From assembly GCA_963733295.1 (NCBI GenBank), contig CAVTCS010000015.1:1038-65037 (forward strand): DNA of 64,000 bases, read 5' to 3'. The notes under the pieces were generated by a model, which did not search any database, was not told where the DNA came from, and saw only the letters and a list, made by a program, of their open reading frames with translations. Every line of letters begins with the position of its first letter. Positions within the stretch are counted from its first letter, which is position 1. This DNA comes from Vulcanimicrobiota bacterium. GTDB taxonomy: Bacteria > Vulcanimicrobiota > Vulcanimicrobiia > Vulcanimicrobiales > Vulcanimicrobiaceae. Positions 18,003 to 26,861 of this stretch are shown piece by piece. Both the position numbers and the translations under genes were made by a program.

Positions 18003-20345
18003 GTGCTGGGGCTGACCGCGACGGCGCTCCCTTCGCGCGCGGCGCGCCCGCTGCTCGATCAACATCAGTGGGATGCCTACTTCGCGCTGTTCGCGCGCGA
18101 CGTATCGGTGCCGTGGAAGTCCGCGAGCGTTCGCCTCGACACGTATTCCGGTGCGCCGGTCGATTTCGCGGCCTACCAAGTCGATCCGGCCGACGTCATC
18201 GTGGCGGGACAAAATCGTGCGCCGCGCGCACTCGACACGAGCGCGCGAAAACCGATCGCGCGCTGGCGCTTCACGCCGCCGCCGGGGTATCGTTTCGAGT
18301 CGAGCGACGTCGACGTTCCGATCGGCAATCGCGAGGGTTTCTTCGTGATCGAAGCGCGGCGCGGGGAAGCGCTCCAGCAGGTCTGGCTGAATCGCACGCA
18401 CATCGGCCTCGTGACGATGGAGAGCCCCGAAGGTCTCGTCCTGTGGGCGGCGGATTTACACGACGGGCACCCGCTCTCGAACGTCACCATCGCGTTCCTC
18501 GTCGGCTTACAGCTCGTTTCCAAACGCACCGACTCATCGGGGTTGATCGTCTGGCGCGACGCGCGCCGGCCGAGTTTCGCACTCGCCGAGCAGGGCTCCG
18601 GACGCGCCTTCGTCTCGCTGCTGCCGCAGGCGCCGTTGCCGGCGACGCTCGTCGGATTGCGGCTCGACTCATCGACGGTGCGCGCCGGCGAGCGCGTCCG
18701 TTTCGCCGGCTTCGTGCGACGCCGCACGCCGGCCGGTTATCGCATCGCGACCGGTGAGGTCAGGGTGACGCTGGCAGGCCGCGGACGCACGCTCGCGGCA
18801 GCGAGCCTGCGCCTCGATGCGGCCGGCGCTTTCGGCGGCGAACTGATCGTTCCGGCGGAGAGCGACGCGGGCGACTATGCGGTCCTCGCCGCAGCCAGCG
18901 GCGGCGTCGGCGGAACTTCGGTGCACGTCGACGCCGCCTCGGACGTGCAACTCGCGATGCGCTCGAATTGCCCGTGCGACCCGAACGCGCCGGTGTCGAT
19001 AGCCATCGAAGCGCGGCGCGCGGGCGTTCCGGCGCCGGGCGTCGCGGTTCGCGCGCAAGTCGTGCGCACGCCGCATAGCGTGCTGCCCGGAACTCCCGCC
19101 GACGAAACGCTTTGGGGCACGACGCTCGTCGCCGATACGACGGTGCGCACCGACTCCCAAGGCCGCGCCGTGGTGACGATTCCGCAGCCGACCGACGGCC
19201 TCGATTCCACCTACGGCGTCGCCTTGACGACGCGCGGTGCGACGGCGACGGCGCGCGTCGCCGTTCCGCAGTCTCGCGTGGCGCTCTCGCTGGTGCCGGA
19301 TGCGCCCAGCGCCGACGTCGGCGCGCCGATCGGTTTTTCGGTGCGCGCCTTCGATCCGGTCGACGGTGCGCCGGTCGCGGATCTCGACGTGAACGTGCGT
19401 CTCTCGCACGGCGCAACGGTGCAAGATCAAACGCTCAAGCTCGACGAGAGCGGACGGGGGAGGGTGATCTTCCGGCAGACGAGCCTTGGTTCGAATCTGG
19501 CGTTGGCGAGCGCCCCGGCCGGCGCGAAGCGCGCGCTCGACGCAACCGCGGTTCTCGTCGAGCCGAGCGCCCTCTCCGGACGCACCGAATCGGATGCCGC
19601 CGCCGCAACTATCACGTTCGATAAAGCGCGCTACAAGCCGGGCGAAACGCTCGCGGTGCGCGCGAGCGCACCCGGTGCCACGGGCTCGGCGCTGATCGCG
19701 CTAGCCGGTGCGCGCACCTATCAAACCCGCCTGGCCGCCGTTTCGAACGGCGTCGCGAGCGCGAACATCGCGCTCGGCGACGCACAGGGCGACGTGCGCG
19801 TCACGGCGGCGTTCGTGCGCGACGGTGCGATCGCGCTCGCCTCGCAGCCGGTCGCAATCGACGGTCCCGGTCACCCTCGCGCACTGACGATCTCGTTCGA
19901 CAAAGCGGCCTATGCGCCGGGTGAGACGCTGCGCGCGACGGTGCGCGACGCAATCAGCGGCGAAGGCACGATCGTGCTGCGCGTCGCCGATGGACCCGAA
20001 AGCGGTTCGGCATTTTTTGACGACGCGCCCGCGGTCTTGACGACGGGCGGGACGACGTCGCAAAACCCGGCATCCGACAGTCCCGCGTGGCACGCCTACG
20101 TCGCGCCCGCCCATTCGAAAGCGAGCGATATCTTCGCCGCCGAGAATCCGCGCAAAGTTCCGACTGAACCGCCCTCGCTAGGCGCCGCTTCCACGCGCAC
20201 CTTGATCTGGCGGGTCGCGCGCGGACCGGGCGACAGCGTCGAACTCCCCGTTCCGGCGGAGCGCGGGCACTACGTCCTCTCGATTCTCGAATTGGCCGAC
20301 GACGGCGACATCGGCGCGGTCTCGGCCGGGTTTACGGTGCAATGA
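18003..20345 (+). CDS. Large secreted repeat protein with alpha-2-macroglobulin MG-like domains (no thioester motif seen)
   Basis: 780 aa with repeated Ig-like units of the bacterial A2M N-terminal type (for example GERVRFAGFVRR...GEVRVTLAG...DAAGAFGGELIVPAESDAGDYAV). No CxEQ motif. The signal peptide seems to extend upstream of the listed GTG. Confidence 0.5.
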   Translation: MLGLTATALPSRAARPLLDQHQWDAYFALFARDVSVPWKSASVRLDTYSGAPVDFAAYQVDPADVIVAGQNRAPRALDTSARKPIARWRFTPPPGYRFESSDVDVPIGNREGFFVIEARRGEALQQVWLNRTHIGLVTMESPEGLVLWAADLHDGHPLSNVTIAFLVGLQLVSKRTDSSGLIVWRDARRPSFALAEQGSGRAFVSLLPQAPLPATLVGLRLDSSTVRAGERVRFAGFVRRRTPAGYRIATGEVRVTLAGRGRTLAAASLRLDAAGAFGGELIVPAESDAGDYAVLAAASGGVGGTSVHVDAASDVQLAMRSNCPCDPNAPVSIAIEARRAGVPAPGVAVRAQVVRTPHSVLPGTPADETLWGTTLVADTTVRTDSQGRAVVTIPQPTDGLDSTYGVALTTRGATATARVAVPQSRVALSLVPDAPSADVGAPIGFSVRAFDPVDGAPVADLDVNVRLSHGATVQDQTLKLDESGRGRVIFRQTSLGSNLALASAPAGAKRALDATAVLVEPSALSGRTESDAAAATITFDKARYKPGETLAVRASAPGATGSALIALAGARTYQTRLAAVSNGVASANIALGDAQGDVRVTAAFVRDGAIALASQPVAIDGPGHPRALTISFDKAAYAPGETLRATVRDAISGEGTIVLRVADGPESGSAFFDDAPAVLTTGGTTSQNPASDSPAWHAYVAPAHSKASDIFAAENPRKVPTEPPSLGAASTRTLIWRVARGPGDSVELPVPAERGHYVLSILELADDGDIGAVSAGFTVQ

Positions 20346-23026
20346 GCGCGCTGCCCAAAAACGCGAAGCTTATGCTGCTCGACACGTACGGGCTGGTCTA
20401 CCGGGCCTTCTTCGCGCTTCCCGCGCTGAGCACGTCGCGCGGCGTGCCGATCAACGCAGCCTACGGTTTCACCCAGATGCTCACGAAGATCATCGGGGAC
20501 GAGAAGCCGACGCACGTGATCGCGGCCTTCGACAAAGGTTTGCCGCAAGCGCGCGTCGCGATCTACGCCGAGTACAAAGCGCAGCGCGACACGATGCACG
20601 ACGACTTGCGTTCCCAGTTCGCGCTCGTGCGCCGGATCCTCGCGACCTACCGCATTCCGATACTCGAGATCGAAGGCGAAGAAGCGGACGACGTGATCGC
20701 CACGCTGGCCCGGCAAGCCGCCGAAGCCGGTGCGCGCGCCGAAGTGGTCACCGGCGACCTCGACATGCTGCAGATCGTCGACGAACGCACGACGGTTTTG
20801 ACGACGCGGCGCGGGATTACCGAACTCGGGCGCTACGATCCGGCGGCGGTGCGCGAGCGTTTCGAGCTCGAGCCCTCGCAGCTTGCCGACTATCGCGGAC
20901 TCAAGGGCGATCCGTCCGACAACCTGCCGGGCGTTCCGGGAATCGGCGAGAAGACCGCGATCAAGCTCATCAAACGCGCCGGTTCGCTCGACGCGCTGTT
21001 GGCCGAGCCGAGTCTAGCAGGCACGCCCAAACTCGAAGCGCTGCTGCGCGAACACGGCGAGACCGCGCGCATCTGCCGCGACGTTTCAATCGTGTCGCGC
21101 GACCTCGCGCTGACGATTCCGTGGGAGGAGGCGCTCTACACGCCGCCGTCGGTCGAGGAGCTTTACGTTCTGTACCGGGACCTCGAATTCAAATCGCTGC
21201 TCGCGCGCCTGCCGGTTCCTACCAACGATGCGCTCTTCGCGCTCGACGACACCGAGCAGCTGAAGGGTACGTACCGCAGCTTCGTGCCGGCCGCCGATCC
21301 GCCCGAATTCGACGCGTTGGCGAAAGCGATCGACGCGCTCGCGAGCGGCGAGCGCGTTGCACTCGCCGCGCGCGGCGACGAGCTCGGCCTCAGCGGCTCG
21401 GCCGAAAGCGGAATCGCGCTCGCGCTCGCTGCGCTCGGCGTGCCGGCGGTGCGCGCCGCTTTCGAACGGCTGCTCGCGGGGAAGGCTGCGCTCGTGGCGC
21501 ACGATGCGAAGGGGATTCTGGCGGCGCTGCGCGCCCGTGGTGTGGCGGCTGCGCCGCAGTTCGCCGACGACACGATGGTTGCGGCTCACCTCCTCGATCC
21601 GTCGCGGAATTATGCCAAACTCGACGAGACCGCACGCGAGTATCTCGGGCTGCAAGTTCCGGATGACGCCGCGGCCTACGCCGATGCCGCGTTCCGGCTC
21701 GCTTCGGTGCTACGCGACCGCTTGCAGCACCGCGAACAGTCGCGACTGTACGAAGACGTCGAGCTGCCGCTGGTCCGAATTCTAACCGCGATGGAAGCGC
21801 ACGGCGTGGCGGTCGATCCGGCGGAACTGGGCGAGCTTTCGCGCGAAGTGGACGCGTCGGCAGTGCGTCTCCAAGAGGAAATCTACGAGTTGGCCGGCGG
21901 CCCGTTCAACATCGGCTCGCCGCAACAGCTCGGCACCGTCTTGTTCGAAAATCTCAAGCTGCCCGACGGCGGCCGCACCAAAACCGGCTGGGCCACCGGC
22001 ATCGAGGTCTTGCAGCCGCTCGCGCGCGATCACGAGATCGTCGCCAAGGTGCTGGAATACCGCGAAGTCACCAAGCTCAAGAACACGTACGTCGACGTCA
22101 TCCCCAAGCTCCTCGGAGCCGACGGACGCCTGCACACCGTTTTCAATCAAACCGCGACCGCGACCGGCCGGCTCTCTTCGACGAATCCGAATTTGCAGAA
22201 CGTGCCGGTGCGTGGCGAACTCGGCCGGCGAATCCGGCGCGCCTTCGTGGCGCCGCGAGGGCGCACGCTGCTCGCCGCAGATTACAATCAGATCGAGCTG
22301 CGCGTCATGGCGCACCTCTCGGGCGACGAGGCGATGCGGGAAGCGTTCCGGCGAGGGGACGACATCCACGACGTCACGGCCCGCGGAATCTTCGGCGTGC
22401 TCGAACCGGAGCGTCCGACTTCGAATCAGCGTCGCATCGCGAAGTCGGTCAACTTCGGATTGCTCTACGGGATGTCGGAATTCGGCCTCGCGCAACGTCT
22501 TTCGATCGAACGCATCGAGGCTCGCGCGATGACGGAGGCATACTTCGCGCGCTTTCCGCGCGTGCGCGAGTGGATCGAGAAGAATCTGGAGTTCGGCCGC
22601 GAGCACGGTTACGTCGAGACGATCCTCGGCCGGCGGCGCTATTTTCCCGATCTCCGCACGCGTAACTTCGCGCTTCGCGCAGCGGCCGAGCGTGAAGCGA
22701 CGAACGCTCCGATGCAAGGCAGCGCCGCCGACCTCATGAAGCTGGCGATGGTTCGCGTCGAGCGCGCCTTGTCGGCGGCCGGGCTCGACGCGCCGCTGCT
22801 GCTGCAGATTCACGACGAACTCATCTTCGAAATCGACACCGACAAAACGGCTGCCGCCGGCACGCTCGTCAAAAGCGAGCTCGAGAAGGCGCTCGCGCTT
22901 GCGGTACCGGTCGTCGTCGATCTCAAAGCGGGACGCACGTGGTACGACGTCGAGCCTCTCGAGGTGGAGGACGGCATCGAGCCCGTCGAAGTGGAAGGCG
23001 AGAATGTGGAGGTCGTTGATGTGTAA
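20342..23026 (+). CDS. polA: DNA polymerase I
   Basis: 894 aa with 5'-3' exonuclease, a 3'-5' exo-like domain and a family A polymerase domain (DYNQIELRVMAHLSGD, KSVNFGLLYGMS, QIHDELIFE). Confidence 0.95.
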   Translation: MSALPKNAKLMLLDTYGLVYRAFFALPALSTSRGVPINAAYGFTQMLTKIIGDEKPTHVIAAFDKGLPQARVAIYAEYKAQRDTMHDDLRSQFALVRRILATYRIPILEIEGEEADDVIATLARQAAEAGARAEVVTGDLDMLQIVDERTTVLTTRRGITELGRYDPAAVRERFELEPSQLADYRGLKGDPSDNLPGVPGIGEKTAIKLIKRAGSLDALLAEPSLAGTPKLEALLREHGETARICRDVSIVSRDLALTIPWEEALYTPPSVEELYVLYRDLEFKSLLARLPVPTNDALFALDDTEQLKGTYRSFVPAADPPEFDALAKAIDALASGERVALAARGDELGLSGSAESGIALALAALGVPAVRAAFERLLAGKAALVAHDAKGILAALRARGVAAAPQFADDTMVAAHLLDPSRNYAKLDETAREYLGLQVPDDAAAYADAAFRLASVLRDRLQHREQSRLYEDVELPLVRILTAMEAHGVAVDPAELGELSREVDASAVRLQEEIYELAGGPFNIGSPQQLGTVLFENLKLPDGGRTKTGWATGIEVLQPLARDHEIVAKVLEYREVTKLKNTYVDVIPKLLGADGRLHTVFNQTATATGRLSSTNPNLQNVPVRGELGRRIRRAFVAPRGRTLLAADYNQIELRVMAHLSGDEAMREAFRRGDDIHDVTARGIFGVLEPERPTSNQRRIAKSVNFGLLYGMSEFGLAQRLSIERIEARAMTEAYFARFPRVREWIEKNLEFGREHGYVETILGRRRYFPDLRTRNFALRAAAEREATNAPMQGSAADLMKLAMVRVERALSAAGLDAPLLLQIHDELIFEIDTDKTAAAGTLVKSELEKALALAVPVVVDLKAGRTWYDVEPLEVEDGIEPVEVEGENVEVVDV

Positions 23027-23597
23027 GCCGTTTTTGCTAACGCTGACTTTTCTCGCCCTGTTCGGGGCGGCGACGCCGGCTCGGGTCTTCGCGCAAACCT
23101 TGCCCGCGCAGCACGCCGGTTCGAAGGACGCCGCGACGGCGTGCAGCAATCCGCGGTTGCCCCCATCGATCTTGAAGGGCTCCGCGCCGTTTCAAGTAGG
23201 CGGCAGCCTGGAAACGATCTCCGTCGCGGCGCCGGCGCACAAGCTTACGCTGGCGGTCGCCTCGAACGAATCCGATCGGGAGCTCGGCCTGATGTGCGTC
23301 AACGCGCTCGCCCAGCATCACGGCATGATCTTCGTCTTTTCGATGCCCTCGTTGTACGGATTCTGGATGAAGCTTACGCTGATTCCGCTCGACATGATCT
23401 GGGTGGGCGCCGACGGCGCGGTCGCGAAAGTTGCAGCGAACGTCCCCGCCTCGACCCTCGACACGCGCGACAATGCCGTCGCCCGCCGTTACGGTCAAGG
23501 GCTCTACGTCATCGAGTTGAACGCCGGCGAAGCGGCGCTCGACGGCATTCGGGTGGGTGTCAAGCTGACGCTGCCGCACTTGCACGGAGCGAATTGA
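23019..23597 (+). CDS. DUF192 domain secreted protein
   Basis: ATG at 23019 (8-nt overlap with polA). Signal peptide MCKPFLLTLTFLALFGAATPARVFA. DUF192-like core LGLMCV...HGMIFVF...FWMKLTLIPLDMIWV. Confidence 0.7.
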   Translation: MCKPFLLTLTFLALFGAATPARVFAQTLPAQHAGSKDAATACSNPRLPPSILKGSAPFQVGGSLETISVAAPAHKLTLAVASNESDRELGLMCVNALAQHHGMIFVFSMPSLYGFWMKLTLIPLDMIWVGADGAVAKVAANVPASTLDTRDNAVARRYGQGLYVIELNAGEAALDGIRVGVKLTLPHLHGAN

Positions 23598-24430
23598 CGC
23601 GACGCGTTCTGTGCGGCTTGCTGGCGGCGGCGCCGCTCGCGCAGCGCGCGGCAGCGGCTCAGCCGGTCGACGGCGTGGATATCTTCGCGCGCGCCAAGGC
23701 CGCCTTCCGCGCGCACCCGCGTCCCGATTACGTGGTGTATACGCTGAACCGCAGCGAGCAAGTCGACGGCGTTCCGTCGCCCGTCGACACGTATCGTTTG
23801 CGCATCTGGTACCGCTCCGGCGATCGGGCGGCGATGGCGCGACGCCTCTCGGCGCAGACGGGACCCGGACCTTTGCAGTTCTTGCGCGTGGCGTTCAACC
23901 AGCCGACCGATCCGGGTCCGCCTACGACCGACATCTTCGAGCCCGTTCCACCCCACGGCGGCGTGCTGCCGACGCCGCTGCCGCACGAAGATTTGCGCAC
24001 GATCCAGAGCGTCCGCGTTGCGGGTGAGCTCGACTACCGCGTCGTCGCGGCGGAGGCGGCCGGCGACGCCTATCACGTTTGGGTTACGCCGCTGCGCGAT
24101 CCCGACCGGAATCGTCTGCGCGAGTTGTGGATCGACGTGCAGACGTACGACGTGCGGCGCGCGATTGCCACGGACCGGCTCTATTTCGACGGAGACTCGG
24201 AGAGCTGGGTGCCGGATCTCTTCGACATGAGGCTGGAGTTGCAAGACGGCGTTCCCGTGATCCGGCGCATTCTCTCGACGACCGAGGTCGACGACGATAC
24301 GAAAAAATACGGACCGCACAACCACAACGACTACATGTTCGAGGACATCGTTTTCCCGGACACCTTGCCGGCTTGGTACTTTCACCCGACTGAGTACGGC
24401 TTCCACATGAAAGACGCGCCCGAGTATTAA
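23594..24430 (+). CDS. Hypothetical secreted protein (about 278 aa)
   Basis: TTG at 23594 overlaps the DUF192 stop. The signal-like N-terminus is LTRRVLCGLLAAAPLAQRAAAAQP. The upstream part of listed ORF 23141..24430 is Arg-rich out-of-frame sequence. Confidence 0.5.
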   Translation: MTRRVLCGLLAAAPLAQRAAAAQPVDGVDIFARAKAAFRAHPRPDYVVYTLNRSEQVDGVPSPVDTYRLRIWYRSGDRAAMARRLSAQTGPGPLQFLRVAFNQPTDPGPPTTDIFEPVPPHGGVLPTPLPHEDLRTIQSVRVAGELDYRVVAAEAAGDAYHVWVTPLRDPDRNRLRELWIDVQTYDVRRAIATDRLYFDGDSESWVPDLFDMRLELQDGVPVIRRILSTTEVDDDTKKYGPHNHNDYMFEDIVFPDTLPAWYFHPTEYGFHMKDAPEY

Positions 24431-24435
24431 ATCGT

Positions 24436-24464
24436 TCGTCCGATCGGCATGTCCGATTGGACGA
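24436..24464 (+). terminator. Strong hairpin 5 nt after the stop codon (candidate intrinsic terminator or attenuator)
   Basis: tcgtccgatcgg-catgt-ccgattggacga forms a 12-bp stem (one G-U) with a 5-nt loop. A T-run (gttttctt) follows about 9 nt later, so it is not a textbook terminator. Confidence 0.35.
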
Positions 24465-24633
24465 CCGGCGGCGTTTTCTTCCGCCATTTGGTTGATTGTC
24501 AAAGCGGTGGCGAGCGCGTAGGCTTAGGGTCAGAGGTCAACTCCATTCCTTACGCCGGTTCGCGTCGCGCTCGACGACCTTCAAGACGGTTCAGTGCTTA
24601 AGCGTTTCGGCGAACTCGAAAGAAGAAAAAATT

Positions 24634-25866
24634 TTGCCGGTTCGTCATGCCGTTGCGATGGCGCTGAGCGTCCTCGCGCTGACTTTCTGCGCCTGCGTCC
24701 GAATCGCGCTCGCGGATCCGACGCCGGCCCCCGCACCCTCGCCCTCGGCCTCGCCCGCGCCGTCACCCTCACCGTCGCCCACGCCGCACCTCTTCCAACT
24801 GAGCGGCGAAGCCGACCTGGGCACGAATTTCCTGTTCGGTGCGGAGAAACTCCAGTTCACGAACGACACGAACGCGCGCGTTTTCGACTACCTCAACAAC
24901 GAGCTGAACTTTCAGAACCTCGAAGTGGCCGGGACGCTCAGCGCGGGAAATCTCGGCGGCAAAGTCCAGCTGAGCTTCGGTAACGACGCCAACATCATTG
25001 CCTCGTTCGGGCAGCCGAACGACGCCGAGTTCAACCTCACGCAAGCGTACTTGTCCTACGCCCTCGGCCCGGTGACGCTCCAAGCCGGCAAGTACGGCGC
25101 GCTGGCCGGCGAGGAAACCATCAACTCCGCGACCGACTGGAACTACTCGCGCTCGATCCTGTTCGGCTACGCGGTACCGTTTACGAACACGGGCCTGCGC
25201 GCAACCTGGGCGGCGCCCGCCCACCTCACCGTCATCGCCGGCGGAAACGAAGGTTGGGACGTCGTCAACAGCGCTAACCACGGCGTCTCGTTCGAAGGCG
25301 AGCTGGCCTGGAATCCGAGTTCCGCTTTCGGCGTCACCGTGGATACGCTGAATGGCAAGCAACAGATCTCGTACGGCGCTCTCGGCCCCGAGGGGAACCG
25401 CGCGCTCTACGACGTCATCGTGCAAGGCCAGCCGATCGCACCGCTGACGCTGGCGCTCAACTACGACTACGGAAGCCAGAAGGACGCATTCCCGGTGGAC
25501 TCGTCGGGTACGCCTCTTACGACCGCTTGCGTCGTCGACGGACTTCCTTCGTTCTGTTCGGTTCAAGCGACGGCGAACTGGAACGGCTTTGCGGCCTACG
25601 CGAACTACGCGTTCAACTCGCTCTGGAGCGGGACGCTGCGTGGCGAAGAGTTCAGCGACGGACAAGGCTACCGGACCGGCTACGCCCAGACGTGGACCGA
25701 GGGCACCGGAACGATCCAGTACGCGCCCGGCCCCTTCATCTTCCGGGCCGAGTATCGCCTGGACAACTTGAACCACCCCAACTTCTTGACGGCGACCAGC
25801 ACCGGCGGGAGCACCGGCACGAACCACCTCTCGACGATCGGTCTCGAGGCGATCGTGAAGTTCTAA
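24634..25866 (+). CDS. Outer-membrane beta-barrel porin-like protein with N-terminal Pro/Ser-rich linker
   Basis: Signal peptide ALSVLALTFCACVRIALA, then the linker DPTPAPAPSPSASPAPSPSPSPTP. Alternating-pattern beta strands follow, ending in the aromatic C-terminus ...IGLEAIVKF. Start is TTG 24634 or ATG 24658. Confidence 0.65.
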   Translation: MPVRHAVAMALSVLALTFCACVRIALADPTPAPAPSPSASPAPSPSPSPTPHLFQLSGEADLGTNFLFGAEKLQFTNDTNARVFDYLNNELNFQNLEVAGTLSAGNLGGKVQLSFGNDANIIASFGQPNDAEFNLTQAYLSYALGPVTLQAGKYGALAGEETINSATDWNYSRSILFGYAVPFTNTGLRATWAAPAHLTVIAGGNEGWDVVNSANHGVSFEGELAWNPSSAFGVTVDTLNGKQQISYGALGPEGNRALYDVIVQGQPIAPLTLALNYDYGSQKDAFPVDSSGTPLTTACVVDGLPSFCSVQATANWNGFAAYANYAFNSLWSGTLRGEEFSDGQGYRTGYAQTWTEGTGTIQYAPGPFIFRAEYRLDNLNHPNFLTATSTGGSTGTNHLSTIGLEAIVKF

Positions 25867-25927
25867 GAGGCCTCTTGAGGGCCCGGCGCAACTTTTCGGG
25901 GGGTCCGGCCGTTATGGTGTTTCGTAC

Positions 25928-26743
25928 GTGCCGGAACTCCCCGAAGTCGAGACGATTGCCCGCGGCCTGAATACCGCGGTAGCAGGCAAGACGATCTCCT
26001 CGGCGGCGGTGACCCTGGCGAAGGTGGTCTCTCCGGAGGCCGCGCGCTTCAAGCGAGAGATCGCGGGAGCGCGAATCGACGGGGTCGGACGGCGCGGAAA
26101 GTACGTGGTCGTCTCGCTGGATCGTGGTCGAAAGCTCGTCGTTCATCTTCGGATGACCGGGCGGCTGATCGTCCAGCAGGCGAACGCGACGCGTCCGGAG
26201 CCCTATAGCAACGTGCTCCTGACCTTTCACGATGGGACCCGCCTGTGCTTCGCTGACGTCCGCCAGTTCGGCAGGATGCGCCTGGCGGGGCCTGAAGAAC
26301 CGTGGGCTGCCGAGATCGGTCTCGAGCCCCTATCGGAAGAGTTCTCTTTTGATGCGTTCTCGCGACTGTTGGACGGGCGGACCACACCGATAAAGGTGTT
26401 CCTGCTCGACCAGCGCCGCATCGCGGGTATCGGCAACATCTACGCGTGCGAAGCGCTCTGGGAGGCGAGGATCCGTCCGAACCGTCCCGCCGGAACGCTC
26501 TCGCGTCAAGCGCGGAAGCGTCTCCATAGCTCGATTCAGACCGTGCTCCGGCGCGCGATCGAGATGCGCGGAACGAGCGTCGACGACTACGTCGACGCCG
26601 AGGGTCTGCGCGGCGGCTTCCAAAACCAGCTATCCGTTTACGGCCGGGAAGGCGAAAGTTGCCCGGCCTGCGGACGTCCCATCGTGAGAACCGTCCTCGC
26701 CCAGCGCGGCACGTGGTGGTGCCGGAAATGTCAACCCAGGTAG
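25928..26743 (+). CDS. mutM: Formamidopyrimidine-DNA glycosylase
   Basis: 271 aa. N-terminal (M)PELPEVE catalytic Pro, H2TH region and a C-terminal zinc finger, CPACGRPIVRTVLAQRGTWWCRKCQ. Confidence 0.93.
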   Translation: MPELPEVETIARGLNTAVAGKTISSAAVTLAKVVSPEAARFKREIAGARIDGVGRRGKYVVVSLDRGRKLVVHLRMTGRLIVQQANATRPEPYSNVLLTFHDGTRLCFADVRQFGRMRLAGPEEPWAAEIGLEPLSEEFSFDAFSRLLDGRTTPIKVFLLDQRRIAGIGNIYACEALWEARIRPNRPAGTLSRQARKRLHSSIQTVLRRAIEMRGTSVDDYVDAEGLRGGFQNQLSVYGREGESCPACGRPIVRTVLAQRGTWWCRKCQPR

Positions 26744-26762
26744 TCTTTCACGGCCTCATACC

Positions 26763-26791
26763 TTACAATTATCGCCCTCCGACCATATGAG
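26763..26791 (+). promoter_or_regulatory. Candidate sigma70-type promoter upstream of rpsA
   Basis: TTACAA (26763..26768), a 17-bp spacer, then TATGAG (26786..26791), in a locally AT-richer stretch about 70 nt upstream of the rpsA Shine-Dalgarno sequence. Confidence 0.3.
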
Positions 26792-26861
26792 GGAACTGCG
26801 CGAAGCGCGGCAGTGTGACCGGGCACCTTTCGATCCGGCGCATTGAGTAAAGGGGAATTTC

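Noticed and set aside
25865-25876. Perfect 12-nt palindromes aagaggcctctt (25865..25876) and gcccccgggggc (about 44923..44934) just after stop codons, considered as terminators.
   Set aside because: They have zero-length loops, which leave only 4-5 usable base pairs, and no U-tract. That is too weak to call.
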